From NCBI RefSeq assembly GCF_018977255.1, contig NW_024705440.1, positions 1-44,479 of the forward strand: a DNA stretch of 44,479 bases, given 5' to 3'. The stretch is from Callorhinchus milii (Eukaryota). This document shows, in pieces, positions 19,509 through 31,890 of the stretch (the stretch's first letter is position 1; each line of letters opens with the position of its first letter). The notes under the pieces were generated by a model. That model was not told the origin of the DNA. It was given only the letters and a program-made list of their open reading frames with translations, and did not search any database. The translations under genes were made by a program, and so were the position numbers.

Positions 19509-21188
19509 TCAGTTTCCTTTCGTCATTCTTGCTGTTAAGATGAGGATTTGCTGTAAGTGAGCTCGGGTCTCTATCCGGATCACTTCCCAAGCACAGGCGC
19601 TGTATCTCTACAATAGACACATAGAGGCAGGAATGGTGATTAATGACAGTTGCAATTAAATGGAATAAAATGTCTCTTCTTTCTGAACGAAAATGATATG
19701 GACATAATGTGGTACCTGCTGTTTGAGAAACTTTTTCAGCTTCCGGAAGTAAGTGTGGATGGTGGAGAGGGCGCTCAGCATGGAATCAGATGCTGAATCC
19801 TGGATGCAATCCTTCACCACTTCCCGCTGAGTGACCAGAAGTTCCCGGAAGTGATTCACCTGCGTCAGGTCCCAGGTGACGGACTTCATGTTTTTATGGA
19901 AAATCTTGTTGAGGTGTTGGAATGTCTTGTGCAGCAGCAGAATTCTGTCGTTGTTCTGTGAAAACACACACATGTTCTCATTAATATCTTCAAACTGCTT
20001 TCCTCCATTTCGCTTTCGGTGGCTGCACTTCCAGCCACTGTACCCTGAAACTCTGGAACTCTCTTCCGCTCTCTCTCGGCCTTGCCACCTCCTTCCCCAT
20101 CTTCAGATCATTCCTGAAGAGCTTCCTCATCGACCGTGTTAATGGTCACTTATCCAGCTCGGTGTTGTGCTCCATCACTGTGAAGGTACTCTGAGAAACT
20201 CCCCTGAGTGAGGGGCAAGTTGTTGTTGTCTATCTCTCCTTGTCACCATTTCATTAATCATAATCTTTCCCGAGTTCATAGAATCACAGAATTATACAGC
20301 ACAGAAGGAGAGCGTTTGGCCCATCATGTGTGTGCCGACTGTTTGAAAAGAGCTTTTCCAAGTCAACCCCATTCCCCCGCTCCCTCCGCATTACACTGCA
20401 CACTTGTACTCCCCAAATAATTATCTACTACTCTCTGAAAATTTGTTATCGAATCGGCATCCACCACCCTTCAGTTGTCCTCTCAAAAGCTGACAGAAAT
20501 TTGCAGAACTTCTCATAACCGCTCTGTCCCTGACAAAGCAATGCCCACACTCCCAGCTTTACTCCAGCAAACTCCTCATTTATACTCAGCACTTTGTTGC
20601 GGAATTGCCTTTTCACTCATCAAACTAACTGCACAGAAACCAGCAGGACCTCACCGTGTCTTGCTGTATCCTTGCATTTAATGCAGCGACTGCAGCATCC
20701 AAACGTGTCCCTAAACTCTGCCGGAGGGGCGATGGTGTGAGACCGAGGAAAGAGCCGCTATTGACTCACCTGTAAAGGCTGCAACAACAGGCGCAGGTCC
20801 GGGGAGGCGATTCCCTGCTCCGCTCCGACTGCCACACAATGTCTGGGCACATGGCCTCCCTGTAACACACATCACCATCAGTCAGTCAGTCATTCAGTGA
20901 GAATCTTCCCCATCCATCACCAGTCCCGGACACACATGGCCTCACACAGCCGCTGCTGCTGATGGGAAGCGTTCGATCACCAATACGCGGTGAGCGCCAT
21001 GAGAGGGAGAGAGAGAGAGAGAGAAAGAGAGAGAGGCAGGTGTGAACCAACTCACTTACCATCTCATCCAAGGTGTTGAGAGTTGTTGCGATCAGAATTT
21101 TCTGTAACCGCAGCGTGGAGCAGCCCAGAGTCAGGGAGACGCACAGCATCGCAAACAAACTGAGACCGCACTGGTAATGGACAGCCAT
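19509..21188 (-). CDS. Type I interferon IFN-C copy 1 (4-Cys), 4 exons, 185 aa
   Basis: Exons 21060-21188 (MAVHYQCGLSLFAMLCVSLTLGCSTLRLQKILIATTLNTLDEM), 20770-20859 (GGHVPRHCVAVG..LQPLQ), 19716-19955 (NNDRILLLHKTFQHL..VTWD..KDCIQ..YFRKLKKFLKQQ) and 19509-19607 (RYSACAWEVIRIETRAHLQQILILTARMTKGN*). Confidence 0.94.
20270..20530 (-). mobile_element. CR1-type 3' fragment in IFN-C intron 2 (present in all copies)
   Basis: catagaatcacagaattatacagcacagaagga..ggcccatc..gtgccgac resembles a CR1 3' terminus read antisense. An L2 3' relic is adjacent at about 20020-20150. Confidence 0.6.
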
Positions 21189-21379
21189 TCTACAAATCGG
21201 CGAGAGGCGATGAAGCGAAGGTGTCCACTAGTGATGGCTGTTGGTCAAGTTGGGAGCTGTTCCTTCTTGGATGTGTGAGCAGGAGCGCAGCAGAGGTCCA
21301 ACCGCTTGTATCAGAGCTGATCCACACGGTGCCGGGCTGGCGAGACGGGCTTTTACGGTAACCAGCATTCTTACATGTC

Positions 21380-21570
21380 AAAAGCGAAATCCTGAGGTTC
21401 TGATGGAAGATGGAATCCAAAACCCGGGGATTTCGGGAACTAAACGAAAAGTTTTGGAAGACTCCGCAGCTCTGCACAGCGCCACTCGCAGGGCCGCCGC
21501 TCACTCTCACTCACTTTCGGATCCAATTACAAATTGAAAGTTAAACGATACCGACTCCGGATTTCGCTTT
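21380..21570 (-). promoter_or_regulatory. Putative IFN-C promoter IRF and NF-kB-like sites (repeated in every unit)
   Basis: AAAGCGAAATCC (21381-21392), GGGGATTTC (21426-21434) and GGATTTCGCTTT (21559-21570), 190-380 bp upstream of the ATG. Confidence 0.5.
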
Positions 21571-21744
21571 GTGGTCAAAGTGAATGTGTGTTTGGGGGGA
21601 AGGGGATGTTCTGGTTGAGGAGGGGTTGGTTGAGAGGATGCCATGTTAGAGGAGAGGTCCCTGGGCACAGCCAATCGTCAGCATTAACCACGAATGCGAT
21701 TTGCACCAACTCTCTCTGTCATTGCATTTAATGTTGTGACATTT

Positions 21745-23225
21745 CAGATACTTCAATGGTTTAGGTCCTATCTCTCACACCCACTCCACTTTGCCTCCAC
21801 AAATGGCTTCTGCTCCAGTCCTCGCAACATCTTGTGCAGTGTTCCTCAGGGCTGTGTCCTGGGTCTCTCCTCTTCAACCGGTACATGTTCCCTGTGGTGA
21901 CATCATCCGCAGACATGGGTTCAACATGCACATGTACGTGGATGACACCCAACCCGATCTCTTTGCTACCAACATCAGCCCCAGGACGATTGATGTTCTG
22001 ACAGACTGTCTGTCAGACTTCATGTCCTGGATGAGAGCCAACTTTCTACAGTTGAATGTCAGCAATACTGAGGTTCCTCTGATTGGCTTTCGCCATCGCC
22101 TCCGCACTTCAGGCAGTGGCAGTATCAGCATCCAAATAATAATAATAATAATAATCCTTGCATTTGATATAGCACTTTTACGTCGGGAGGACGTCCCAAA
22201 GTGCTTCACAGAACACACTGTATAGTGAATTGACTGCATATTTGTGCGCGAATGCGGCAGCCAATTGCGCACAGCAATGTCCCACAAACAGTCATAGATT
22301 GAAAATGACCAATTTATTATTGTTTTTGGTTTTGGAGGGATTATTATTAGGCTCTGTGTGGAGTAAGGAAACTTGCCCAAGGTTTCGCCCTCTGCCTGGA
22401 ATTGAACTCAGGTCTCTCGCTTGCAAAGCGAGTGCTCTACCACTGAGCTACAGGACTCCAAGGATGCACAGTCCACCTCACCAAGCCAATCAGGAATCTG
22501 GGCATTTGGTTTGACTCTCGACAGTCCTTTACACCCACATCCATGATATTACCAACTCTGGCTTCCCCCAACTCTGCAACATTGCCTAACTCCGCCAGCG
22601 CCTCACCCCACAGGCCACTGAGACCCTCATACATGACTTCATTATAACTAGGCTCATCATCCCAATGTCTTGATTGCCAACTTTCCCAACTCTTCCCTCC
22701 AAAAGCTACAGATCATCCAGAGCTCTGCAGCTTATTTACTATCCTCCACCAGGCTCTGTGACCCCTTCAAACTCAGTTGGCTCCACTGGCTCCACATCCA
22801 TCAGAGGATCAAGTTCAAAGTTCTCGCCCCTCCCTTCCAGGCTTTCAATGGCCTTGCACCTCCTACCTCACTTATCCCCTTAGCAATCTGTCTGCTCTCT
22901 CCGCTCAGCATGCTCAGGCCCACCCCATGCTCCCTGCCCAGTCCATCCCACCATTGGTGGTTGGGCCATCAGCTTCTCTGCCTCCACCGTCTAGAACCCC
23001 ATCACACACTCCCTCCGTCTTGCTCCCTCCCTTGTTTTTTTCAAGGAATGCAGCAAGGCCCTCCTCTTCGAACGTGTTTTCAGCCACTCTCCTCCCCTCT
23101 CGGCCCTCCACCGTCCCTGATCTCAATGCCCCACTGCCACTTGGGTCCTAATCCCTGACTGTTCAGCTTGGGATGACTTGGGATGTCATTCTGATATGAA
23201 AGGTGCTTTACAAATGTAATACTGT
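21745..23225 (+). mobile_element. Decayed L2/CR1-clade LINE RT fragment (unit 1), interrupted by a SINE
   Basis: Frameshifted RT motifs SVPQGCVLG, IIRRHGFNMHMYVDDTQ, CLSDFMSWMRANFLQLNVSNTEV, LQKLQIIQSSAA and LHWLHIHQRIKFKVL, followed by an L2-type 3' tail. Confidence 0.85.
22136..22460 (-). mobile_element. tRNA-Ala(TGC)-derived SINE with an L2-type tail and (ATT)n end
   Basis: Minus-strand head GGAGTCCTGTAGCTCAGTGGTAGAGCA-CTCGC-TTTGCAA-GCGAG-AGACCTGAGTTCAATTCCAGGC (A box, anticodon arm, B box). Tail ..GCTATATCAAATGCAAGG(ATT)n. Confidence 0.88.
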
Positions 23226-24174
23226 AGTGTGTTTTATCCTCCAAATGCCTCAGCGTGCTTCACTGACAATAAGTAAAGACACTGAGTGGAGGCATTGAGA
23301 AAATCAGGAACATTTCACGTAAAAAAAAAGCAGGTAATAAATAAGATATAAAATACAAATCTTTTAATGAAACATATTCTTAGATTTCGGATGAAAATAT
23401 ATACTTCTTTATGACAAATTATAAAAATTAGCAACAGCCAAACATCATGTAAAACTGTAATACGGTGCCGTAAGGAAATACCTGACATTTCAGTAGATTG
23501 GGGCGAGCCAAATAAAGAAAACTAGCTGGGAATTTACTGGTGGAAATGAGTCCTCTGAGGAGCTGAATGATTGGTTACCAGGTTTGATTTGGGATAAACC
23601 CGATAGACAGCTGGTGCTGCAAAGTCACCAAATCCAACATGTAGCAGCTCTTTCCAACAAATGATAATAATAATATTAATAATAATAATATTAATCCTTG
23701 CATTGGATATGGCACCTTATCATGTCATTGAGACATCTGAAAGCGCTTCACAGGAAACATTGCAAAGTGTTTGACTGTATGTTTTGTGTGCGAAATGCTG
23801 CAGCCAATTATGCACAGCAGTGTTCCACAACCAGTTATCCCAATAATCCAGATGAATCAATAAATATTAATAAATTAACATGGATATAAATAATAATAAA
23901 TTAATTAACACAAAGAGGCGTCAACAAACTCACAAATAAATATAGCAAATTTTTACTGTTTTCAAAGACTCTGTGAATGAACTACCGCAACCACATTGAC
24001 GGCGTCTTAATATCAAAAGTATCTATGATCCATTTAGCATTTCTTAAAAATATAATAACAAGAACAATAATAAAAATTGCTTTTGAAAATAAATATAATT
24101 TAATATAAATTAAGGAGTTTCTTTATAAATAGTCATTGATCTTTTTTCTCAAACGAATGATCTTCAGATGACCT

Positions 24175-25864
24175 TCAGTTTCCTTTCGTCATTCTTGCTG
24201 TTAAGATGAGGATTTGCTGTAAGTGAGCTCGGGTCTCCATCCGGATCACTTCCCAAGCACAGGCGCTGTATCTCTACAATAGACACACAGAGGCAGGAAT
24301 TGTGATTAACGACAGTTGCAATTAAATGGAATAAAATGTCTCTTTTTTTTTGAGCAAAAATGATACGATCGGATATAATGTGGTACCTTCTCTTTGAGAA
24401 AGTTTTGCAGCTTCCTGAAGTAAGTGTGGATGGTGGAGAGGGCGCTCAGCTTGGAATCAGATGCTGAATCATGGATGCAATCCTTCACCACGTCCCGCTG
24501 AGTGTCCAGAAGTTCCCGGAAGTGATTCACCTGTGTCAGGTCCCAGGTGACGGATTTCATGTTTTTATGGAAAATCTTGTTGAGGTGTTGGAATGTCTTA
24601 TGCAGCAGCAGAATTCTGTCGTTGTTCTGTGAAAACACACACATGTTCTCATTAATATCCTCAAACTGCTTTCCTCCCTTTCGCTTTCGGTGGCTGCACT
24701 TCCAGCCACTGTACCCTGAAACTCTGGAACTCTCTTCCGCTCTCTCTCGGCCTTGCCACCTGCTTCCCCATCTTCAGATTATTCCTGAAGACCTTCCTCA
24801 TCGACCGTGTTAATGGTCACTTATCCAGCTCGGTGTTGTGCTCCATCACTGTGAAGTGACTCTGAGACACTCCCCTGAGTGAGGGGCAAGTTGTTGTTGT
24901 CAATCTCTCCTTGTCACCATTTCATTAATCATAATCTTTCCCGAGTTCATAGAATCATAGAATTATACAGCACAGAAGGAGAGCATTCGGAACATCGTGT
25001 GTGTGCCGACGGTTTGAAAAGAGCTTTTCCAAGTTCCAAGTTCCCAACCCCATTCCCCCGCTCCCTTCCCATTACACTTGTACTCCCCAAATAATTATCT
25101 ACTAGTCTCTGAAAATTGTTATCGAATCGGCATCCACCACCCTTCAGTTGTCCTCTCAAAAGCTGACAGAAATTTGCTGACCTTCTCATAAGCGCTCTGT
25201 CCCTGACAAAGCAATGCCCACACTCCCAGCTTTACTCCAGCAAACTCCTCATTTATACTCAGCACTTTGTTGCGGAATTGCCTTTTCACCTATCACACTA
25301 ACTGCACAGAAACCAGCAGGACCTCACCGTGTCTTGCTGTATCCTTGCATTTAATGCAGCGACTGCAGCATCCAAACGTGTCCCTAAACTCTGCCGGAGG
25401 GGCGATGGTGTGAGACCGAGGAAAGAGCCGCTATTGACTCACCTGCAAAGGCTGCAACAACAGGCGCAGGTCCGGGGAGGCGATTCCCTGCTCCGCTCCG
25501 ACTGCCACACAATGTCTGGGCACACGGCCTCCCTGTAACACACATCACCATCAGTCAGTCAGTCAGTCATTCAGTGAGAATCTTCCCCATCCATCACCAG
25601 CCCCGGACACACATGGCCTCACACAGCCATTGCTGCTGATGGGAAGCGTTTGATCACCAATACGCGGTGCGCGCCGTGAGAGAGAGGAGAGAGAGAGAGA
25701 AAGAGAGAGAGGCAGGTGTGAACCAACTCACTTACCATCTCATCCAAGGTGTTGAGAGTTGTTGCGATCAGAATTTTCTGTAACCGCAGCGTGGAGCAGC
25801 CCAGAGTCAGGGAGACGCACAGCATCGCAAACAAACTGAGACCGCACTGGTAATGTACAGCCAT
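24175..25864 (-). CDS. Type I interferon IFN-C copy 2, 185 aa
   Basis: Exons 25736-25864, 25443-25532, 24387-24626 and 24175-24273. Splice sites are intact. Variants: GGR, DTQRD, IHD, SKL, LQNFLKEK, IRME. Confidence 0.94.
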
Positions 25865-27290
25865 TCTTCAAATCGGCGAGAGGCGATGAAGCGAAGGTGT
25901 CCACTAGTGATGGCTGTTGGTCAAGTTGGGAGCTGTTCCTTCTTGGATGTGTGAGCAGGAGCGCAGCAGAGGTCCAACCGCTTGTATCAGAGCTGATCCA
26001 CACGGTGCCGGGCTGGCGAGACGGGCTTTTACGGTAACCAGCATTCTTACATGTCAAAAGCGAAATCCTGAGGTTCTGATGGAAGATGGAATCCAAAACC
26101 CGGGGATTTCAGGAACTAAACGGAAAGTTTTGGAAGACTCCGCAGCTCTGCACAGCGCCACTCGCAGGGCCGCCGCTCACTCTCACTCACTTTCGGATCC
26201 AATTACAAATAGAAAGTTAAACGATACCGACTCCGGATTTGGCTTTGGGACCCAGGAGAATGTGTGTGTGTGGGGGTGGGGTGGGGGGAAGGGGGTGTTC
26301 TGGTTGAGGAGGGGTGTGTGATTCGGTTGAGGGGCTGCCATGTTAGAGGAGAGGTCTCTGGACACAGCCAATCGTCAGCATTAACCACGAGTGGAGTCAG
26401 ACTGCGATTTGCACCAACTCTCTCTCTCTCTGTCATTGCATTTCATGTTGTGACATTTTACAACCTCCAAACACATCAGCATACTTCGCTGACAACCTTG
26501 TGCCTTTCCTGTTGATAACCACCGATTGATTTTGAAGTTTAACTCGACCTCCTATGTGTGCTGTCAGGTACCTCTACAATTAACCCTTTCAGCCAAGAGC
26601 CCCCTCATGTCCATCACGCCGCTCGCAGGGCCGCCGCTCACTCTCACTCACTTTCGGATCCAATTATAAATTGAAAGTTAAACGATACCGACTCCGGATT
26701 TCGCTTTGTGGTCAAAGAGAATGTGTGTTTGGGGGGAAGGGGGGGGGGTTCTGGTTGAGGAGGGGTGGGTTGAGGGGCTGCCATGTTAGAGGAGAGGTCT
26801 CTGGACACAGCCAATCGTCAGCATTAACCACGAGTGGAGTCAGACTGCGATTTGCACCAACTCTCTCTCTCTCTCATTGCATTTAATGTTGTGACATTTC
26901 AGATTCTTCAATGGTTTAGGTCCTATCTCTCACACCCACTCCACTTTGCCTCCACAAATGGCGTCTGCTCCAGTCCTCGCAACATCGTGTGCAGTGTTCC
27001 TCAGGGTTGTGTCCTGGGTCTCTCCTCTTCAACCGGTACATGTTCCCTGTGGTGACATCATCCGCAGACATGGGTTCAAAATGAACATGTCCGTGGATCA
27101 CACCCAACCCGATCTCTTTGCTACCAACATCAGCCCCAGGACGATTGATGTTCTGACAGACTGTCTGTCAGACTTCATGTCCTGGATGAGAGCCAACTTT
27201 CTACAGTTGAATGTCAGCAATACTGAGGTTCCACTGATTGGCTTTCGCCATCGCCTCCGCACATCAGGCAGTGGCAGTATCAGCATCCAA

Positions 27291-27623
27291 ATAATAATAA
27301 TAATAATAATAATAATCCTGGCATTTGATATAGCGCTTTTCACATCGGGAGGACGTCCCAAAGCACTTCACAGAACACACTATAAAGTGAATTGACTATA
27401 TAATTGTGGGCGAACGCGGCAGCCAATTGCGCACAGCAATGTCCCAAAAACAGTCGTAGATTGAAAATGACCAATTTATTATTGTTTCTGGTTGTGGAGG
27501 GATTATTATTAGGCTCTGTGTGGAGTAAGGAAACGTGCCGAAGGTTTCGCCCTCTGCCTGGAATTGAACTCAGGTCTCTCACTTACAAAGCGAGTGCTCT
27601 AACCACTGAGCTGCAGGACTCCA
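27291..27623 (-). mobile_element. tRNA-derived SINE (unit 2, shared site)
   Basis: Paralog of 22136-22460. Confidence 0.85.
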
Positions 27624-28316
27624 AGGATGCACGGTCCACCTCATCAAGCCAGTCAGGAACCTGGGTATCTGGTTTGACTCTCAACAGTCCTTTTCACCCA
27701 CATCCATGATATTACCAACTCTGGCTTCCCCCAATTCTGCAACATTGCCTAACGCCGCCAGCGTCTCACCCCACAGGCCACTGAGACCCTCATACATGAC
27801 TTCATTATAACTAGGCTCATCATCCCAATGTCTTGATTGCCAACCTTCCCAACTCTTCCCTTCAAAAGCTGCAGAACATCCAGAGCTCTGCAGCTTATGT
27901 CCTATCCTGCACCAGGCTCTGTGACCCCTTCAAACTCACCATAGGTGGCTCCACTGGCTCCACATCCATCAGAGGATCAAGCTCAAAATTCTCGCCCCTC
28001 CCTTCCAGGCTTTCAATGGCCTTGCACCTCCTACCTCACCTCTCCCCTTTGCAATCTGTCTGCTCTCTCCGCTCAGCATGCTCTGGCCCGCCCCATGCTC
28101 CCTGCCCAGTCCATCCCACCATTGGTGGTTGGGCCCTCAGCTTCTCTGCCTCCACCATCTAGAACCCCATCACACACTCCCTCCGTCTTGCTCCCTTCCT
28201 TGTTTTTTTCAAGGAACGCAGCAAGGCCCTCCTATTCGAACGTGTTTTCGGCCACTCTCCTCCCCTCTCTGCCGTCCACCGTCCCTGATCTCAATGCCCC
28301 ACTGCCACTCAGGTCC

Positions 28317-28347
<31 letters not shown>

Positions 28348-28645
28348 CCTTGCATTTGATATAGCGCTTTTCACGTCGGGAGGACGTCCCAAAGCATTTC
28401 ACAGAACAGACTGTAAAGTGAATTGACTGTATATTTGTGGGCGAACGCGGCAGCCAATTGCGCACAGCAATGTCCCACAAACAGTCGTAGATTGAAAATG
28501 ACCAATTTATTATTGTTTTTGTTTTTTCGGAGGGATTATTATTAGGCTCTGTGTGGAGTAAGGAAACTTGCCCAAGGTTTCGCCCTCTGCCTGGAATTGA
28601 ACTCAGGTGTTGAGTGCTCTAACCACTGAGCTACAGGACTCCACA
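28317..28645 (-). mobile_element. tRNA-derived SINE, second insertion present only in units 2 and 5
   Basis: The empty site gggtcc-TAAT-ccctgac is seen at 23143-23159. The filled site has TAAT on both sides. Confidence 0.87.
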
Positions 28646-29648
28646 TAATCCCTGACTGTTCAGCTTGGGATGACTTGGGATGTCATTCTGATATGAAAGG
28701 TGCTTTACAAATGTAATACTGTAGTGCGTTGTATCCTCCAAATGCCTCAGCGTGCTTCACTGACAATAAGTAAAGACACTGAGTGGAGGCATTGAGAAAA
28801 TCAGGAACATTTCACGTAAAAAAAAAGCAGGTAATGAATAAGATATAAAATACAAATCTTTTAATGAAACATATTCTTAGATTTCGGATGAAAATATATA
28901 ATTCTTCATGACAAATTATAAAAATTAACAATAGCCAAACATCATGTAAAACTGTAATACAGTATCATAAGGAAATACCTGACATTTCAGTAGATTGGGG
29001 GGAGCCAAATAAAGAAAACTAGCTGGGAATTTACTGGTGGAAATGAGTCCTCTGAGGAACGGAGTGATTGATTACCAGATAGACAGCTGGTGCTGCAAAG
29101 TCACCAAATCCAACTTGTACCATCTCTTTACAGCAAATGATAATAATAATATTAATAATAATAATATTAATTCTTGCATTGGATATGGCAACTTATCATG
29201 TCATTGAGAAATCTAAAAGCGCTTCACAGGATATATTGTAAAGTGTTTGACTGTATGTTTTGTGTGCGAAACGCTGCAGCCAATTATGCACAGCAGTGTC
29301 CCACAACCAGTTATCCCAATAATCCAGATGAATCAATAAATATTAATAAATTAACATGGATATACATAATAATAAATTAATTAACACAAAGAGGCGTCAA
29401 TAAACTCACAAATAAATATAACAATTTTTTACTATTTTCAAAGACTCTGGGAATGAACTACCGCAACCACATTGACGGCATCTTAATATCAAAAGTATCT
29501 GTGATCCATTTAACATTTCTTACAAATATAATAACAACAATAACAATACAACTTGCTTTTGATATAAATATAATTGAAAATAAATTAAGGAGTTTCTTTA
29601 TAAATAGTTATTGATCTTTTTCTCAAACGAATGATCTTCAGATGACCT

Positions 29649-31334
29649 TCAGTTTCCTTTCGTCATTCTTGCTGTTAAGATGAGGATTTGCTGTAAGCGA
29701 GCTCGGGTCTCCATCCGGATCACTTCCCAAGCACAGGCGCTGTATCTCTACAATAGACACAGAGAGGCAGGAATGGTGATTAATGACAGTTGCAATTAAA
29801 TGGAATAAAATGTCTCTTTTTTTTCAACGAAAATGATACAATTGGACATAATGTGGTACCTGCTGTTTGAGAAACTTTTTCAGCTTCCTGAAGTAAGTGT
29901 GGATGGTGGAGAGGGCGCTCAGCATGGAATCAGATGCTGAATCCTGGATGCAATCCTTCACCACTTCCCGCTGAGTGACCAGAAGTTCCCGGAAGTGATT
30001 CACCTGCGTCAGGTCCCAGGTGACGGACTTCATGTTTTTATGGAAAATCTTGTTGAGGTGTTGGAATGTCTTGTGCAGCAGCAGAATTCTGTCGTTGTTC
30101 TGTGAAAACACACACATGTTCTCATTAATATCCTCAAACTGCTTTCCTCCCTTTCGCTTTCGGTGGCTGCACTTCCAGCCACTGTACCCTGAATCTTTGG
30201 AACTCTCTACCGCTCTCCCTCGGCCTTGCCACCTCCTTCCCCACCTTCAGATCATTCCTGAAGAGCTTCCTCATCGACCGTGTTAATGGTCACTTATCCA
30301 GCTCGGTGTTGTGCTCCATCACTGTGAAGTGACTCTGAGACACTCCCCTGAGTGAGGGGCAAGTTGTTGTTGTCTATCTCTCCTTGTCACCATTTCACGA
30401 ATCATAATCTTTCCCGAGTTCTTAGAATCACAGAATTATACAGCACAGAAGGAAAGCGTTTGGCCCATCATGTGTGTGCCGACTGTTTGAAAAGAGCTTT
30501 TCCAAGTCAACCCCATTCCCCCGCTCCCTCCCCATTACACTGCACACTTGTACTCCCCAAATAATTATCTACTAATCTCTGAAAACTTGTTATCGAATCG
30601 GCGTCCACCACCCTTCAGTTGTCCTCTCAAAAGCTGACAGAAATTTGCAGACCTTCTCATAACCGCTCTGTCCCTGACAAAGCAATGCCCACACTCCCAG
30701 CTTTACTCCAGCAAACTCCTCATTTATACTCAGCACTTTGTTGCGGAATTGCCTTTTCACCCATCAAACTAACTGCACAGAAACCAGCAGGACCTCACCG
30801 TGTCTTGCTGTATCCTTGCATTTAATGCAGCGACTGCAGCATCCAAACGTGTCCCTAAACTCTGCCGGAGGGGCGATGGTGTGAGACCGAGGAAAGAGCC
30901 GCTATTGACTCACCTGTAAAGGCTGCAACAACAGGCGCAGGTCCGGGGAGGCGATTCCCTGCTCCGCTCCGACTGCCACACAATGTCTGGGCACATGGCC
31001 TCCCTGTAACACACATCACCATCAGTCAGTCAGTCAGTCATTCAGTGAGAATCTTCCCCATCCATCACCAGTCCCGGACACACATGGCCTCACACAGCCG
31101 CTGCTGCTGATGGGAAGCGTTTGATCACCAATACGCGGTGCGCTCCGTGAGAGAGAGGGAGAGAGAGAGAAAGAGAGAGAGGCAGGTGTGAACCAACTCA
31201 CTTACCATCTCATCCAAGGTGTTGAGAGTTGTTGCGATCAGAATTTTCTGTAACCGCAGCGTGGAGCAGCCCAGAGTCAGGGAGACGCACAGCATCGCAA
31301 ACAAACTGAGACCGCACTGGTAATGTACAGCCAT
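29649..31334 (-). CDS. Type I interferon IFN-C copy 3, 185 aa
   Basis: Exons 31206-31334, 30914-31003, 29860-30099 and 29649-29747. Like copy 1, except exon 4 reads IRMETRARLQ. Confidence 0.94.
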
Positions 31335-31890
31335 TCTACAAATCGGCGAGAGGCGATGAAGCGAAGGTGTCCACTAGTGATGGCTGTTGGTCAAGTTGGG
31401 AGCTGTTCCTTCTTGGATGTGTGAGCAGGAGCGCAGCAGAGGTCCAACCGCTTGTATCAGAGCTGATCCACACGGTGCCGGGCTGGCGAGACGGGCTTTT
31501 ACGGTAACCAGCATTCTTACATGTCAAAAGCGAAATCCTGAGGTTCTGATGGAAGATGGAATCCAAAACCCGGGGATTTCAGGAACTAAACGGAAAGTTT
31601 TGGAAGACTCCGCAGCTCTGCACAGCGCCACTCGCAGGGCCGCCGCTCACTCTCACTCACTTTCGGATCCAATTACAAATTGAAAGTTAAACGATACCGA
31701 CTCCGGATTTCGCTTTGTGGTCAAAGTGAATGTGTGTTTGGGGGGAAGGGGATGTTCTGGTTGAGGAGGGGTTGGTTGAGGGGATGCCATGTTAGAGGAG
31801 AGGTCCCTGGGCACAGCCAATCGTCAGCATTAACCACGAATGCGATTTGCACCAACTCTCTCTGTCATTGCATTTAATGTTGTGACATTT

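Larger units (their letters stand above)
26900..28720 (+). mobile_element. Decayed L2 LINE fragment (unit 2) with two SINE insertions
   Basis: Paralog of 21745-23225. Confidence 0.82.

Noticed and set aside
21190..21537. ORFs upstream of each IFN-C copy, conserved across the copies
   Set aside because: The conservation reflects recent duplication of promoter DNA. There is no recognisable protein or splice structure.
22390..22460. Possible tRNA-Ala(TGC) gene (and its paralogs)
   Set aside because: The acceptor stem does not pair, and the sequence continues into a SINE body and (ATT)n tail.
21791..23158. ORFs of 120-170 aa repeated in each spacer (MPPQMASAP.., MIANFPNSS..)
   Set aside because: They are frameshifted L2 reverse-transcriptase relics and SINE read-through, not host genes or an active element.
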